Below, one piece after another: positions 48,604 to 58,290 of a DNA stretch of 64,000 nt. The translations under genes were made by a program, and so were the position numbers. The stretch is from an uncultured Gemmatimonadales bacterium. Lineage in GTDB: Bacteria; Gemmatimonadota; Gemmatimonadetes; Gemmatimonadales; Gemmatimonadaceae. The number at the start of each line of letters is the position of its first letter. The first letter of the stretch is position 1. The DNA lies in the NCBI GenBank assembly GCA_963707505.1, contig CAVPQB010000004.1:544001-608000 (forward strand), given 5' to 3'. Under the pieces are notes generated by a model that was not told the origin of the DNA, searched no databases, and saw only the letters and a program-made list of their open reading frames with translations.

Positions 48604-50148
48604 ATGGGACTTGGGTCGCGGAAGAGCATCGCGCTACTTCAGGCTGAAGCGAGTGGGGAGGGGGAGGAGCGAACGTTGCGACGCGCGCTTGGCGCGCTCA
48701 ACCTTACAACGCTCGGCATTGGCGCCATCATCGGCGCAGGAATTTTCGTCCTTACCGGAACCGCAGCAGCGCAACACGCCGGTCCGGGAGTCGTCTATTC
48801 GTTCATCCTGGCTGGGATAGGCTGTCTCTTCGCCGGTCTCTGCTACGCCGAATTCGCCGCGATGATTCCAATCGCCGGAAGCGCGTACACCTACGGTTAT
48901 GCAACGCTTGGCGAGTTCATCGCGTGGATCATCGGTTGGGACCTGATTCTCGAGTATCTGTTCGGAGCCGCGACTGTAGCGGTGGGCTGGAGCGGTTACT
49001 TCACGGCATTCATGAACGAGATCGGGCTGCACATCCCGTATCAGTATGCCCAGGCTCCGCTGCGAGTGGTTGGAACGCACCATCTCGTGCAGTCGACGTT
49101 GTGTATATCTCCAGCGACCAACCAGATCGTGACCGACACGCTCGCCACATGCGCTCCTGGTCTGACCGCGGTGCAGGGTGTCATCAACGTTCCAGCGATC
49201 GTGCTCACGCTGCTCATGACCGCCCTGCTTGTTGTGGGCATCAAGGAATCGGCGAACTTCAACAACATCATCGTGATCGTGAAGGTTGCGATCGTACTGC
49301 TCGTTATCGCGTTCGGCTTCGCGTACGTGAACAAGGCGAACTGGCATCCGTTCATTCCCGCAAATACAGGCCACTTCGGTGACTTCGGATGGAGCGGCGT
49401 TGCGCGCGCAGCGGGCGTGGTGTTCTTCTCCTACATCGGCTTCGACGCGGTATCCACCGCTGCGCAGGAGGCGAAGAATCCGCAACGCGACATGCCTATA
49501 GGTATTCTCGCGTCGCTCGCGATCTGCACCGTGCTGTACATCCTGATGTCGCTCGTCATGACGGGTCTTGCCAACTACAAGACACTCGACGTGCCGCATC
49601 CGGTGTTCGTTGCGATTGCAGCCGCTGGTCCGGCTCTGGCCTGGATGCGCCCGATCGTCAATATCGGCGCAATTGCAGGTCTGGCATCGGTCGTGCTCGT
49701 GATGCTCATGGGACAGCCGCGCATCTTCTTCTCGATGGCACGCGACGGTCTGCTTCCACCCGTGTTCGGCAAGGTTCACCCCAAGTTCCAGACACCATAC
49801 GTCACGACGATTCTCACCGGCGTCGTCGCTGCGGTCATCGCTGGCTACTTCCCGATCGGTCTCCTCGGAGAGCTCGTCTCGATCGGCACGCTGCTCGCGT
49901 TCGTCATCGTCTGCGCTGGCGTGATCGTGTTGCGCTATCGTCAGCCGAACCTCGAGCGTCCGTTCCGTACGCCGCTCGTTCCACTCGTTCCGATCCTCGG
50001 TATCATCAGCTGCGGTGCCTTGATGGCATCACTGCCTGTTGACACGTGGATTCGTCTGATCGTATGGATGGCTCTCGGACTCCTGATCTACTTCCTCTAC
50101 GGGAAGAGTCATTCCAAGCTCGGGCGCGCCGAAAATATTGGTGCGTGA
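48604..50148 (+). CDS. APC family amino acid permease
   Basis: GAIIGAGIF, GSAYTY, GFDAVST.AQE. Confidence 0.93.
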   Translation: MGLGSRKSIALLQAEASGEGEERTLRRALGALNLTTLGIGAIIGAGIFVLTGTAAAQHAGPGVVYSFILAGIGCLFAGLCYAEFAAMIPIAGSAYTYGYATLGEFIAWIIGWDLILEYLFGAATVAVGWSGYFTAFMNEIGLHIPYQYAQAPLRVVGTHHLVQSTLCISPATNQIVTDTLATCAPGLTAVQGVINVPAIVLTLLMTALLVVGIKESANFNNIIVIVKVAIVLLVIAFGFAYVNKANWHPFIPANTGHFGDFGWSGVARAAGVVFFSYIGFDAVSTAAQEAKNPQRDMPIGILASLAICTVLYILMSLVMTGLANYKTLDVPHPVFVAIAAAGPALAWMRPIVNIGAIAGLASVVLVMLMGQPRIFFSMARDGLLPPVFGKVHPKFQTPYVTTILTGVVAAVIAGYFPIGLLGELVSIGTLLAFVIVCAGVIVLRYRQPNLERPFRTPLVPLVPILGIISCGALMASLPVDTWIRLIVWMALGLLIYFLYGKSHSKLGRAENIGA

Positions 50149-51172
50149 TCTTCTAGCTGTTCCGGCTGACCGCCGGACGGCAATCGAGCGTCTCGCGCGC
50201 GAACTGCGCGCGGGGCGCTCGATCGTTTTATCCACGCACATCAACTCCGACGGCGATGGCTGCGGCTCGGAGACCGCTCTCGCGCGGATGCTCGCCCAGC
50301 GAGGAATGACGGTCACGATCGTCAATCCGACGCCCTGGCCGGAGATGTTTCGCTTTCTGCTTGGCGACGATGTGCGCATGGTCGAACTGAGCGACGGTGG
50401 TGCGAACGTCATGCGCGACGCAGATGTCGTCATCGTGCTCGACATCGCCGACCTTCGCAGACTTGGAAGACTCGCTGACGTCGTTCGCGCGCTTCAGGTA
50501 CCGAAGCTGGTGATCGATCATCATGTTCCGAGCGATGACCCGCCGAGCGAGGAGATACTGTCGGATACGACCGCGTGCGCGACCGGCGAGCTCGTGTACG
50601 ACGTTGGGCTCGTGCTCGGCTTCGACATAACGCCCGCGATTGCGAATTCGCTGTACGTGGCGCTCGTTACCGATACCGGTGGCTTCCGTTTCAGTAACAC
50701 GTCGCCGCGGTGTCACGCGGTAGCCGCGCAGCTTCTCGCCGAAGGTGTCGAGCCGGAAGAGATGTACCAACGCATTTACGCGTCGATGCCCGTCGGCCGT
50801 CTCACATTGCTGCGCGAGGCGCTTGCAACGCTCGAAGTCGATCCGACCTACGGTCTGACGTGGATATCGGTGCCAGCGGGCGCGACGGAGAAGCACAACG
50901 TGCGGCCCGAGGATCTCGAAGGGATCGCGGAGCACGCGCGCTCTATCGCGGGGACGCGCATGGCGATCTTCTTCCGCGACCTCGGCCACAACCGCGTGAA
51001 GATTTCATTTCGCACGACGCGCGGTGTGGACGCGAACGAGTTTGCGCATCAGTTCGGCGGGGGCGGCCACGTGAAGGCGTCGGGTGCGATGGTCGAGGGC
51101 GGCCTCGACGAGGTGCAGAAGCGCGTGATCGCCGCGGCACGAGTGTATCTGGAGCCAGTTACCGCAACGTAG
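50138..51172 (+). CDS. nrnA: DHH family oligoribonuclease/pAp phosphatase NrnA
   Basis: H..DGD, IDHH, DTG.F, GGGH..ASG. Confidence 0.85.
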   Translation: MVRDLLAVPADRRTAIERLARELRAGRSIVLSTHINSDGDGCGSETALARMLAQRGMTVTIVNPTPWPEMFRFLLGDDVRMVELSDGGANVMRDADVVIVLDIADLRRLGRLADVVRALQVPKLVIDHHVPSDDPPSEEILSDTTACATGELVYDVGLVLGFDITPAIANSLYVALVTDTGGFRFSNTSPRCHAVAAQLLAEGVEPEEMYQRIYASMPVGRLTLLREALATLEVDPTYGLTWISVPAGATEKHNVRPEDLEGIAEHARSIAGTRMAIFFRDLGHNRVKISFRTTRGVDANEFAHQFGGGGHVKASGAMVEGGLDEVQKRVIAAARVYLEPVTAT

Positions 51173-51206
51173 CGACATCGATCGGCAACGTACCCGCAAT
51201 ACTTTC

Positions 51207-52721
51207 TTGGTGAGAGGCTCTGTGTTCATCGTTCATCGCATAATCGCCGCGGCAATCGTGGTCTCGGGCACCGTTCAGGCTCAGACATCAGTTGCAACGA
51301 GAGTCGGGCCGCCGCGCGGAACAGTGATCGTGGTTGGGGGTGGCGCGCTCGGCCAGGAGATAACTGACGAGTTCATCAAGGCCGCGGGCGGACCGGACGC
51401 GCTGATCATCGACGTGCCAAACGCTGGCGGCGCGGCCTCGTACGGACAGGACGCGCCGGGAGCACGCATGTGGAAGAACGCGGGCGCCAGAAACGTGCAC
51501 GTTCTCTTCACGACGGACCGGAAACTCGCCGACTCCGATTCGTTCGTAGCGCTGCTCAAGCATGCTGGCGGCGTCTGGTTCGAGGGCGGACGACAGTTTC
51601 ATCTCGTCGACGCATACGCTGGTACGAAGACGGAGCAGGCATTCAGGGACGTACTCGCGCGTGGAGGCGTTGTCGGCGGATCGTCGGCTGGCGCTTCGAT
51701 ACTCGGCGACTTTCTCGTTCGGGGTGCACCGTCGAACGACAACAGCATCATGGCCTATCCCGGTTATGAGAAGGGGTTCGCGTATCTGCGCGGCGTTGGA
51801 ATCGACCAACACGTCGTCGCACGAGAACGCCTGGCCGATCTCGCGGACTCGATCATGACGACGCACCCGAATCTGCTCGGTATTTCCGAGGACGAAGGTA
51901 CGGCGTGGGTGGTGCGCGGTGACACGGCGACGATCATCGGCCGCGACAAGGCGTTCGTGTATGGCGGCAGAGACAGCACGGATTCCGGCAAGCCGTTTCT
52001 TACGTTGCATCCAGGTGACAGATATGACCTTGGCGCTCGCCACGTCCTGCACCGTGCGGCCGACGATTCGCGCGTGAGTGCCGCGTTCGTTGATTCGCTC
52101 TTTCGGAAATACGATGATCCGGCCGCGGGCAGCGCAACGGTACTCGTGGCGCAGAACGGTGAGGTGTTCGTCGACCGGTCCTACGGCGTGCCTCCGCAGG
52201 CGAAATACATGCCGACCACGACGCTGCCTCAGTTTCAGCTTGGAGACATATCCGCAGTATTCTCGGCGCTCTGCGCGCAGCTGCCGGCGGCCAACGCCGA
52301 TCGTGCGCAGGCTGGTGCCGCCGGTGCAGCTGCTCGGCCGACCGCACCCTCGACGCCATTTCAGACTTGCGTCACGCGTCAGTTGGGCGTGCCGATCGGT
52401 CTGCATCGAACGGTCGCGGCGCCGGACGGTAGAGTCGAATCGGATGTGGATGAACTTTATCGACTCGCGCTTGGGCTTGAAAACCCACGGACCTACACGG
52501 GCGCCGACTACGCGAAGGGCTGGCGACCAGACACGTACCACGGCGTGCAGAGGCTTTCCGTGTTTGGTGCAGCTGATGGCAAGCGCAATGCGTTCGTACG
52601 TATTCCGGACAAACGCGCAGTGGTGATCGTTCTGACGAACGACTCGACGGCGGATGCGGCGCGCATGGCGGATGTGATAACCGATCGGTTGTTGAGCAGC
52701 GGCGCAACCGCGCGTCGTTAA
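51207..52721 (+). CDS. Secreted cyanophycinase-like peptidase (S51) fused to a degenerate beta-lactamase-like domain
   Basis: VVGGG, GGRQ, GSSAGA, IDQH..R.R, GI.E. Confidence 0.8.
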   Translation: MVRGSVFIVHRIIAAAIVVSGTVQAQTSVATRVGPPRGTVIVVGGGALGQEITDEFIKAAGGPDALIIDVPNAGGAASYGQDAPGARMWKNAGARNVHVLFTTDRKLADSDSFVALLKHAGGVWFEGGRQFHLVDAYAGTKTEQAFRDVLARGGVVGGSSAGASILGDFLVRGAPSNDNSIMAYPGYEKGFAYLRGVGIDQHVVARERLADLADSIMTTHPNLLGISEDEGTAWVVRGDTATIIGRDKAFVYGGRDSTDSGKPFLTLHPGDRYDLGARHVLHRAADDSRVSAAFVDSLFRKYDDPAAGSATVLVAQNGEVFVDRSYGVPPQAKYMPTTTLPQFQLGDISAVFSALCAQLPAANADRAQAGAAGAAARPTAPSTPFQTCVTRQLGVPIGLHRTVAAPDGRVESDVDELYRLALGLENPRTYTGADYAKGWRPDTYHGVQRLSVFGAADGKRNAFVRIPDKRAVVIVLTNDSTADAARMADVITDRLLSSGATARR

Positions 52722-52791
52722 CTGTCGCGGTCGCGGACGTTTGTCCGCGGCCGCCGTTGGCAGAGCGGCGTCTTCCCACTCGCGTCAGGCC

Positions 52792-52828
52792 AAAAGAAAA
52801 GCCCGTGCATCGACTGCACGGGCTTTCC
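52792..52828 (-). terminator. Intrinsic terminator, possibly bidirectional
   Basis: AAAGCCCGTGCA-TCGAC-TGCACGGGCTTT; the upstream A-run gives a U-tract on the minus strand. Confidence 0.75.
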
Positions 52829-52856
52829 CGTCTGCTGATCGCGATTGGGTATGTGG

Positions 52857-53435
52857 CTACACGACCGTTGAGATTTCTGCCGCAGCACGCTCCAGAATAT
52901 CCGAGATGCGCTTGAGCTGCTCCGGAGTCCGCTTCGCGTTCTGAACGTAAACGGCGCGCCCGACGTCCTTCATGGCGCGATGTACCTGCATCATCGGCTC
53001 ACCAAAGATGCTCTGCGCGAACTCGGTGATCCGCGAGAAGATATCGTCGACCGCCGAGCGATTGTCTTCGAGATACTTGCGACCTTCGTCAGTTATCTCA
53101 TAAACCTTCTTGCCGCTCTCTTCGGGAGTGACGCGAGCGTAGCCCATGTCTTCCAGCATCGTGAGCGTGGGGTATACAGTCCCCGGGCTCGGCGAGTACG
53201 CGCCGCCGAAGCGCTCCTCGATTGCCTTGATGATCTCGTAGCCATGCCGGGGCTTCTCGACCAGCAATTGCAGGATCACGTACTTGAGATCGCCCTGGTC
53301 GAATACGCGAGCGCTGCGCGGCCCTCCGCGCGGGCGCCACGGACCGGCTCCCCAGAACTGGGAACCATCGAAGCCCCAGTTTCCCTTCCACATTCCTCTG
53401 CGCATCCATCCGGCGCCGCAATCGAATCCTGGCAT
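52857..53435 (-). CDS. PadR family regulator (YqjI-like)
   Basis: GDLKYVIL.LL..PRHGYEIIK...YSPSPGTVYPTL..LED. Confidence 0.92.
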   Translation of the reverse strand: MPGFDCGAGWMRRGMWKGNWGFDGSQFWGAGPWRPRGGPRSARVFDQGDLKYVILQLLVEKPRHGYEIIKAIEERFGGAYSPSPGTVYPTLTMLEDMGYARVTPEESGKKVYEITDEGRKYLEDNRSAVDDIFSRITEFAQSIFGEPMMQVHRAMKDVGRAVYVQNAKRTPEQLKRISDILERAAAEISTVV

Positions 53436-53453
53436 GACCGAGTTCCTCCCGAA

Positions 53454-53513
53454 GATATAGTTTGATATATCGCACGATATATCGCTGCGTCTAAGATATA
53501 TCGATGTTATATC
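53454..53513. promoter_or_regulatory. Array of GATATATC palindromes, probable PadR operators
   Basis: Perfect copies at 53464, 53476, 53495; degenerate copies at 53454, 53506. Confidence 0.75.
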
Positions 53514-53524
53514 GGGTCAAGGGG

Positions 53525-53568
53525 GTAGGGATGGGCCCCGCGCCATTCCCGCCTTCCCGGGAATCACG
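53525..53568. repeat. Degenerate composite REP remnant
   Basis: GTAGGGATGG..CCATTCCC overlapping ATTCCCGC-CTTC-CCGGGAATCACG. Confidence 0.45.
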
Positions 53569-53650
53569 AGTTCCGGCGGTCCCGCGTCCGAGGCGCCGAT
53601 GCATCCGCGCCGTACAGCGGGGATGGCGACATCAGCATTTACATTTGGGT

Positions 53651-54499
53651 ATGACAGAAGACACTCCCCGGGGCCGCGCGCTTCCGGTAATGGATCAGGC
53701 TCCAACCCCGAAAACGGTCGCGCCGCCGACTCCGGTCGCGTTTCCTGACCTCGGCAACATCATTGCCGTTTCGAGCGGAAAGGGCGGCGTGGGCAAGTCC
53801 ACCGTCGCGGTCAATCTCGCGGTCGCGCTGGCAAGGGATGGCGCCCGTGTAGGAATAATGGACGCTGACATCTACGGTCCAAACGTACCGCGCATGCTGG
53901 GGCTCGACGGGCCGCCGCGGCTCGACAATCACGACAGGATGGTGCCGCACGAAGCGTTCGGTGTCCGCGTCGTATCCCTTGGATTTCTCGTTCCCCCGGA
54001 CCAGCCGGCGATCTGGCGTGGTCCCATCATCATGAAGGTGATCAATCAGTTCCTGCGCGACGTCGCGTGGGGCAAGCTCGATTATCTCATCGTCGATATG
54101 CCTCCGGGGACTGGTGACGCACAACTATCTCTCGTGCAGGCGACTCACGTGCACGGCTCGCTGGTCGTTACGACTCCGCAGGATGTGGCTGCCGGCGACG
54201 CGTTGCGCGGCGCAAAGATGTTCGAGCGCGTCGGCGTTCCAATACTCGGCATCGTCGAAAACATGTCCTATTTCGAGTGCCCGCACTGCGGAAAGCCAAG
54301 CGCGTTATTCGGATCGGGCGGTGGCCAGAGGTTGGCAGACTCGCTCGGACTACCGCTGCTGGTTCAGATCCCGTTGTACCCACGCGTGCTGGAGGGCGGC
54401 GATTCGGGACGCCCGATCGTCCTCGCCGAGCCGGAGTCCGGTGCGGCAAAGGCACTCGCGCAGCTTGCAGGACTCGTCCGGCAGTCGTTCGCGAGTTGA
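53651..54499 (+). CDS. Mrp/NBP35 (ApbC) Fe-S carrier ATPase
   Basis: SGKGGVGKST, DADIYGP, DMPPGTGD, ENMS..CPHC. Confidence 0.93.
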   Translation: MTEDTPRGRALPVMDQAPTPKTVAPPTPVAFPDLGNIIAVSSGKGGVGKSTVAVNLAVALARDGARVGIMDADIYGPNVPRMLGLDGPPRLDNHDRMVPHEAFGVRVVSLGFLVPPDQPAIWRGPIIMKVINQFLRDVAWGKLDYLIVDMPPGTGDAQLSLVQATHVHGSLVVTTPQDVAAGDALRGAKMFERVGVPILGIVENMSYFECPHCGKPSALFGSGGGQRLADSLGLPLLVQIPLYPRVLEGGDSGRPIVLAEPESGAAKALAQLAGLVRQSFAS

Positions 54500-54547
54500 A
54501 ACATCATCCGCTTGCCTGTGTCTGGCGCGGCGGGCAACTTTGGTGAC

Positions 54548-55297
54548 ATGACGGCACTGGAAACCGAACGCGCGACCGCGGACGCCGCTGCGACCGGTGC
54601 CGCGGTGAAGAGGGGTTATGTCAAGCAGATGTTTTCCGACATAGCCCCGCATTACGACCGCGTAAATCGGATCATCAGCTTCAGGCTGGATCAGTGGTGG
54701 CGCCGGAAGGCGATACGCGATCTCAATATCGCGCACGATCCCGGTGCGACATATCTGGATCTCTGTGCTGGAACGCTTGATATCTCATCCCAGATTGCGT
54801 CGCTCGCGAACTTCCACGGCTCTGTGGTCGCAGCTGATTTCGCCGAGCCGATGCTGCGCGCCGGACTGGGAAAGGTGGCGCGCGACGTCGTACGACCTGT
54901 TACGGCCGATGCGCTGGAGCTCCCGTTCGCCGATGAGTTCGCGGCCGGCGCGATAGTGGTCTTTGGAATCCGCAACGTGGTAGATCTCAACGCGGCGTTG
55001 CGTGAGGTTCATCGCGTGCTGCGGCCCGGCTCGCGCTTTGTCATTCTCGAATTTGGCGCTACGCAGAATCCGCTGGTCGGCTGGATCTACCGGCTGTACT
55101 TCAATCATCTCTGCCCGCTCATCGGCAACGCCGTGGCGCGGCATCACAGTGCGTACAACTACCTTCCAAAATCCGTTGCACACTTTCCATCGGAAACCGA
55201 TCTTGCGCAACGCATGCGCGACGCAGGCTTTGAGTCCGTGCGCTGGCGCTCGTACACCTTCGGTGTGGTCGCAATCCACGTCGGTGAGAAACACTAA
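54548..55297 (+). CDS. menG: Menaquinone/ubiquinone methyltransferase UbiE/MenG
   Basis: MF..IA..YD..N, LDLCAGT, FGIRNV, Y.YLP.S. Confidence 0.88.
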   Translation: MTALETERATADAAATGAAVKRGYVKQMFSDIAPHYDRVNRIISFRLDQWWRRKAIRDLNIAHDPGATYLDLCAGTLDISSQIASLANFHGSVVAADFAEPMLRAGLGKVARDVVRPVTADALELPFADEFAAGAIVVFGIRNVVDLNAALREVHRVLRPGSRFVILEFGATQNPLVGWIYRLYFNHLCPLIGNAVARHHSAYNYLPKSVAHFPSETDLAQRMRDAGFESVRWRSYTFGVVAIHVGEKH

Positions 55298-55300
55298 CCG

Positions 55301-56773
55301 ATGACGCTCGACTCGGTCGGAGACTTCATAGCCGAGCTGGAGCGAGCGGGTGAGCTGGTGCGGATCCGTCATGCGGTGAAAGCGAAGCTCGAGCTGTGCG
55401 AGATCAGCGACAGAGTGATGAAACATGTCGGTGGCGGAAAGGCACTCCTGTTCGAGAACGTCATTCTGGACGACGGCCGCCGATCGGCGTATCCGGTCGC
55501 CATCAATCTCTTCGGATCGATGCGCCGCATGTCGATGGCGCTCGGCGTTACGAACCTGGACGACATCGCGGCGCGTATCACCACATTGATGGATCTCAAG
55601 GTTCCCGAAGGGATCGTCGGAAAGTTGTCTCTGCTTCCGCGATTGATGGAGGTGGCCAAGTTTCCTCCACGCATCCGCTCCGGCGCGGCGCACTGTCAGG
55701 AAATTGTGCTCGAGGGCGACAGGATAGATCTGCGCGACATTCCGATCATCACCTGTTGGCCGGAAGACGGCGGTCCGTACATCACACTGCCGATGGTCAT
55801 CTCCAGGGACCCCAAGCGCGGCATACGCAACGTCGGCATGTATCGCGTGCAGTATGACTCGCCCAATACGCTCAAGATGCACTGGCAGCGCCACAAGGTC
55901 GGCGCCGCACACTGGCGCGAGATGGCGGAGCGGAGGGAGAGAATGCCGGTGTGCATCGCGGTTGGCGCCGACCCCCCGTCGATCTACTCAGCATCCGCTC
56001 CGCTGCCACCGACGGTGGATGAATTCCTCTTTGCAGGATTTCTTCGCAAGGAGCCAGTGTCGCTGGTAAGAGCGGTTACATGCGATCTCGAAGTGCCGGC
56101 TGAAGCGGATTTTGTGTTCGAGGGATACATCGATCCGTCGGAAGATCTCGTGATCGAGGGGCCGTTCGGCGACCATACTGGATTCTACAGCGAGGCCGAC
56201 TACTATCCGCGCGTTCACATCACCGCTGTAACGATGCGCAGAGATGCGGTCTATTCAACGACGATCGTAGGCGTGCCGCCGATGGAGGATTATTACCTCG
56301 GCCATGCGACCGAGCGGATCTTCCTTCCACTCCTCAAGCTCACGATCCCGGAAATTGTGGACTATCACATGCCGGCGGAAGGAATATTCCACAATCTCGT
56401 TTTCGTCTCGATCGACAAGCAGTACCCGGGACAGGCGTACAAGGTGATGAACGCCATGTGGGGACAGGGACTCATGTCGCTCGCTAAGGTGCTGGTGATC
56501 GTGGACAGGGACGTGGACGTTCGCAATCCGTTCGAGGCGTGGTGGGTTGCGCTGAACAACATCGATCCGGAGCGTGATACTCGCTTCACGATGGGACCGA
56601 TGGACGTTCTGGATCATTCGAGCAGAGCATTCACATATGGATCCAAGATGGGAATAGACGCGACGCGGAAGTTTCCCGAGGAAGGATTCACGCGCAACTG
56701 GCCTGGCAGGATCGAGATGGACGGCGCCACGAAAGCAAGGGTGGACGCGATGTGGAGCGAGCTCGGGCTATGA
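55301..56773 (+). CDS. UbiD-family menaquinone biosynthesis decarboxylase (MqnL-like)
   Basis: RNVGMYR, EGPFGDHTG, PPMED, GSKMGIDAT. Confidence 0.9.
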   Translation: MTLDSVGDFIAELERAGELVRIRHAVKAKLELCEISDRVMKHVGGGKALLFENVILDDGRRSAYPVAINLFGSMRRMSMALGVTNLDDIAARITTLMDLKVPEGIVGKLSLLPRLMEVAKFPPRIRSGAAHCQEIVLEGDRIDLRDIPIITCWPEDGGPYITLPMVISRDPKRGIRNVGMYRVQYDSPNTLKMHWQRHKVGAAHWREMAERRERMPVCIAVGADPPSIYSASAPLPPTVDEFLFAGFLRKEPVSLVRAVTCDLEVPAEADFVFEGYIDPSEDLVIEGPFGDHTGFYSEADYYPRVHITAVTMRRDAVYSTTIVGVPPMEDYYLGHATERIFLPLLKLTIPEIVDYHMPAEGIFHNLVFVSIDKQYPGQAYKVMNAMWGQGLMSLAKVLVIVDRDVDVRNPFEAWWVALNNIDPERDTRFTMGPMDVLDHSSRAFTYGSKMGIDATRKFPEEGFTRNWPGRIEMDGATKARVDAMWSELGL

Positions 56774-57666
56774 CCGCACGTGAGGGACAGACATTTCACG
56801 GTGTATCGCGCGTGATAAGGTACGTGAACTTCGTGAAGCTTCCGCACACGCTCTTCGCGTTGCCGTTCGCGCTCGTCGGCGTCGTGCTTGCGAGCTATCA
56901 CACGCCGGTAACGATAAGCGAGGTCGGTTGGGTCGTGATCGCGTTCACCGCGGCACGCTTTGCCGCAATGGGATTCAACCGCATCGCGGATCGGGAGATC
57001 GACGCGTTGAATCCGCGAACGCAGATGCGTGAGCTACCATCAGGCGCCCTTGGCGTAACCGAGGCGATGATCGCTGTCGCAGTCGCGTGCGGCGTTTTTC
57101 TGTTCGCCGCGTTCGAGCTCAATCACGTTTGTTTTCTTCTGGCGCCGATCGCGCTGGGCTGGGTTTTCTTCTACAGCTTCACAAAACGATTCACCCGCTG
57201 GTCGCACGTGGTGCTCGGCGTCGGGCTCTCGATAGCGCCCGTCGGCGGTTATCTGGCGGTGACGGGGACCTGGGCGAGTCCCTGGTGGATGTTGTGCGTG
57301 CTCGCGATCGCCGTCGCCACCTGGGTCGCGGGATTTGACATTCTCTACGCACTGCAGGACGTCGAATTCGATCGCGGCAACGCACTGCACTCGATTCCTG
57401 TACGATGGGGTGAGCGCGGATCGCTGCTGGCAGCGCGAGCGCTGCACGCGCTCACGATCATCGCGCTCGCGTCGGTGGGATTCGCCGTCGGTGGTGGCGC
57501 GATCTACACGGCGGGTGTCGTCGTGGCGGCCGGTCTTCTCCTGTACGAGCACACGCTGGTGAAGCCCGGTGACATCAGTCGCCTCGACGCGGCATTTTTC
57601 ACGATGAACGGTATCATCAGCATAGTGTACTTCGGGTTCGTATTTGCAGAGCGGGTGGCGTCGTGA
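56770..57666 (+). CDS. UbiA-like polyprenyltransferase (MqnP-like)
   Basis: HTLFALPFA, NR..D..ID..NPRT, YS.TKRFT, GFDILYA.QD. Confidence 0.9.
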   Translation: MTAREGQTFHGVSRVIRYVNFVKLPHTLFALPFALVGVVLASYHTPVTISEVGWVVIAFTAARFAAMGFNRIADREIDALNPRTQMRELPSGALGVTEAMIAVAVACGVFLFAAFELNHVCFLLAPIALGWVFFYSFTKRFTRWSHVVLGVGLSIAPVGGYLAVTGTWASPWWMLCVLAIAVATWVAGFDILYALQDVEFDRGNALHSIPVRWGERGSLLAARALHALTIIALASVGFAVGGGAIYTAGVVVAAGLLLYEHTLVKPGDISRLDAAFFTMNGIISIVYFGFVFAERVAS

Positions 57667-58277
57667 GTGACGTCACGTCGCGACTTCCGTTCACGGTTGC
57701 GATCACCGGTGCGTCCGGAGCGCCGTACGCAGTGCGGTTGCTCGAGCAATTATGCATCGCTGGTCAACCCGTCTCGCTGATAGTCTCCAGCCACGGAATG
57801 CGGTTGCTGTCGACGGAAACCGGAATCCAATCGCTCGGGGCACTTCGTGACGCGGTCGGTGAACGCGCCTGGGACGATCTCGTCACCGTTTACGACGACG
57901 CGGATCGCGGTGCCGCTCCGGCATCCGGATCCGCACGCAGTGCGGGGATGGTGATCTGTCCGTGCTCGATGGGAACGCTGAGCGCGATTGCTGCCGGCTC
58001 GTCACGGTCGCTCGTCGAGCGCGCAGCGGACGTGACACTCAAGGAACGACGCAAGCTCATTCTGGTGCCGCGTGAGACGCCGCTCTCGAGCATTCATCTC
58101 GATAACATGTTGAAGCTGAGCAGGGAAGGCGTTGTCATTCTCCCTGCGGCGCCGGGTTTCTATCACCAACCCACGTCGATAGCAGAGTTGGTGGATTTCG
58201 TCGTAGCCCGTGTCATGGACCAGATGGGTGTCGCGCATTCCCTCGGCCACCGCTGGGGTAGCGAACAAGATACGTAA
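57663..58277 (+). CDS. ubiX: Flavin prenyltransferase UbiX
   Basis: ITGASG, ASGS, PCSM, RAADV.LKE, RETP, PGFY. Confidence 0.93.
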   Translation: MSDVTSRLPFTVAITGASGAPYAVRLLEQLCIAGQPVSLIVSSHGMRLLSTETGIQSLGALRDAVGERAWDDLVTVYDDADRGAAPASGSARSAGMVICPCSMGTLSAIAAGSSRSLVERAADVTLKERRKLILVPRETPLSSIHLDNMLKLSREGVVILPAAPGFYHQPTSIAELVDFVVARVMDQMGVAHSLGHRWGSEQDT

Positions 58278-58290
58278 CCAAGTGGTTACG

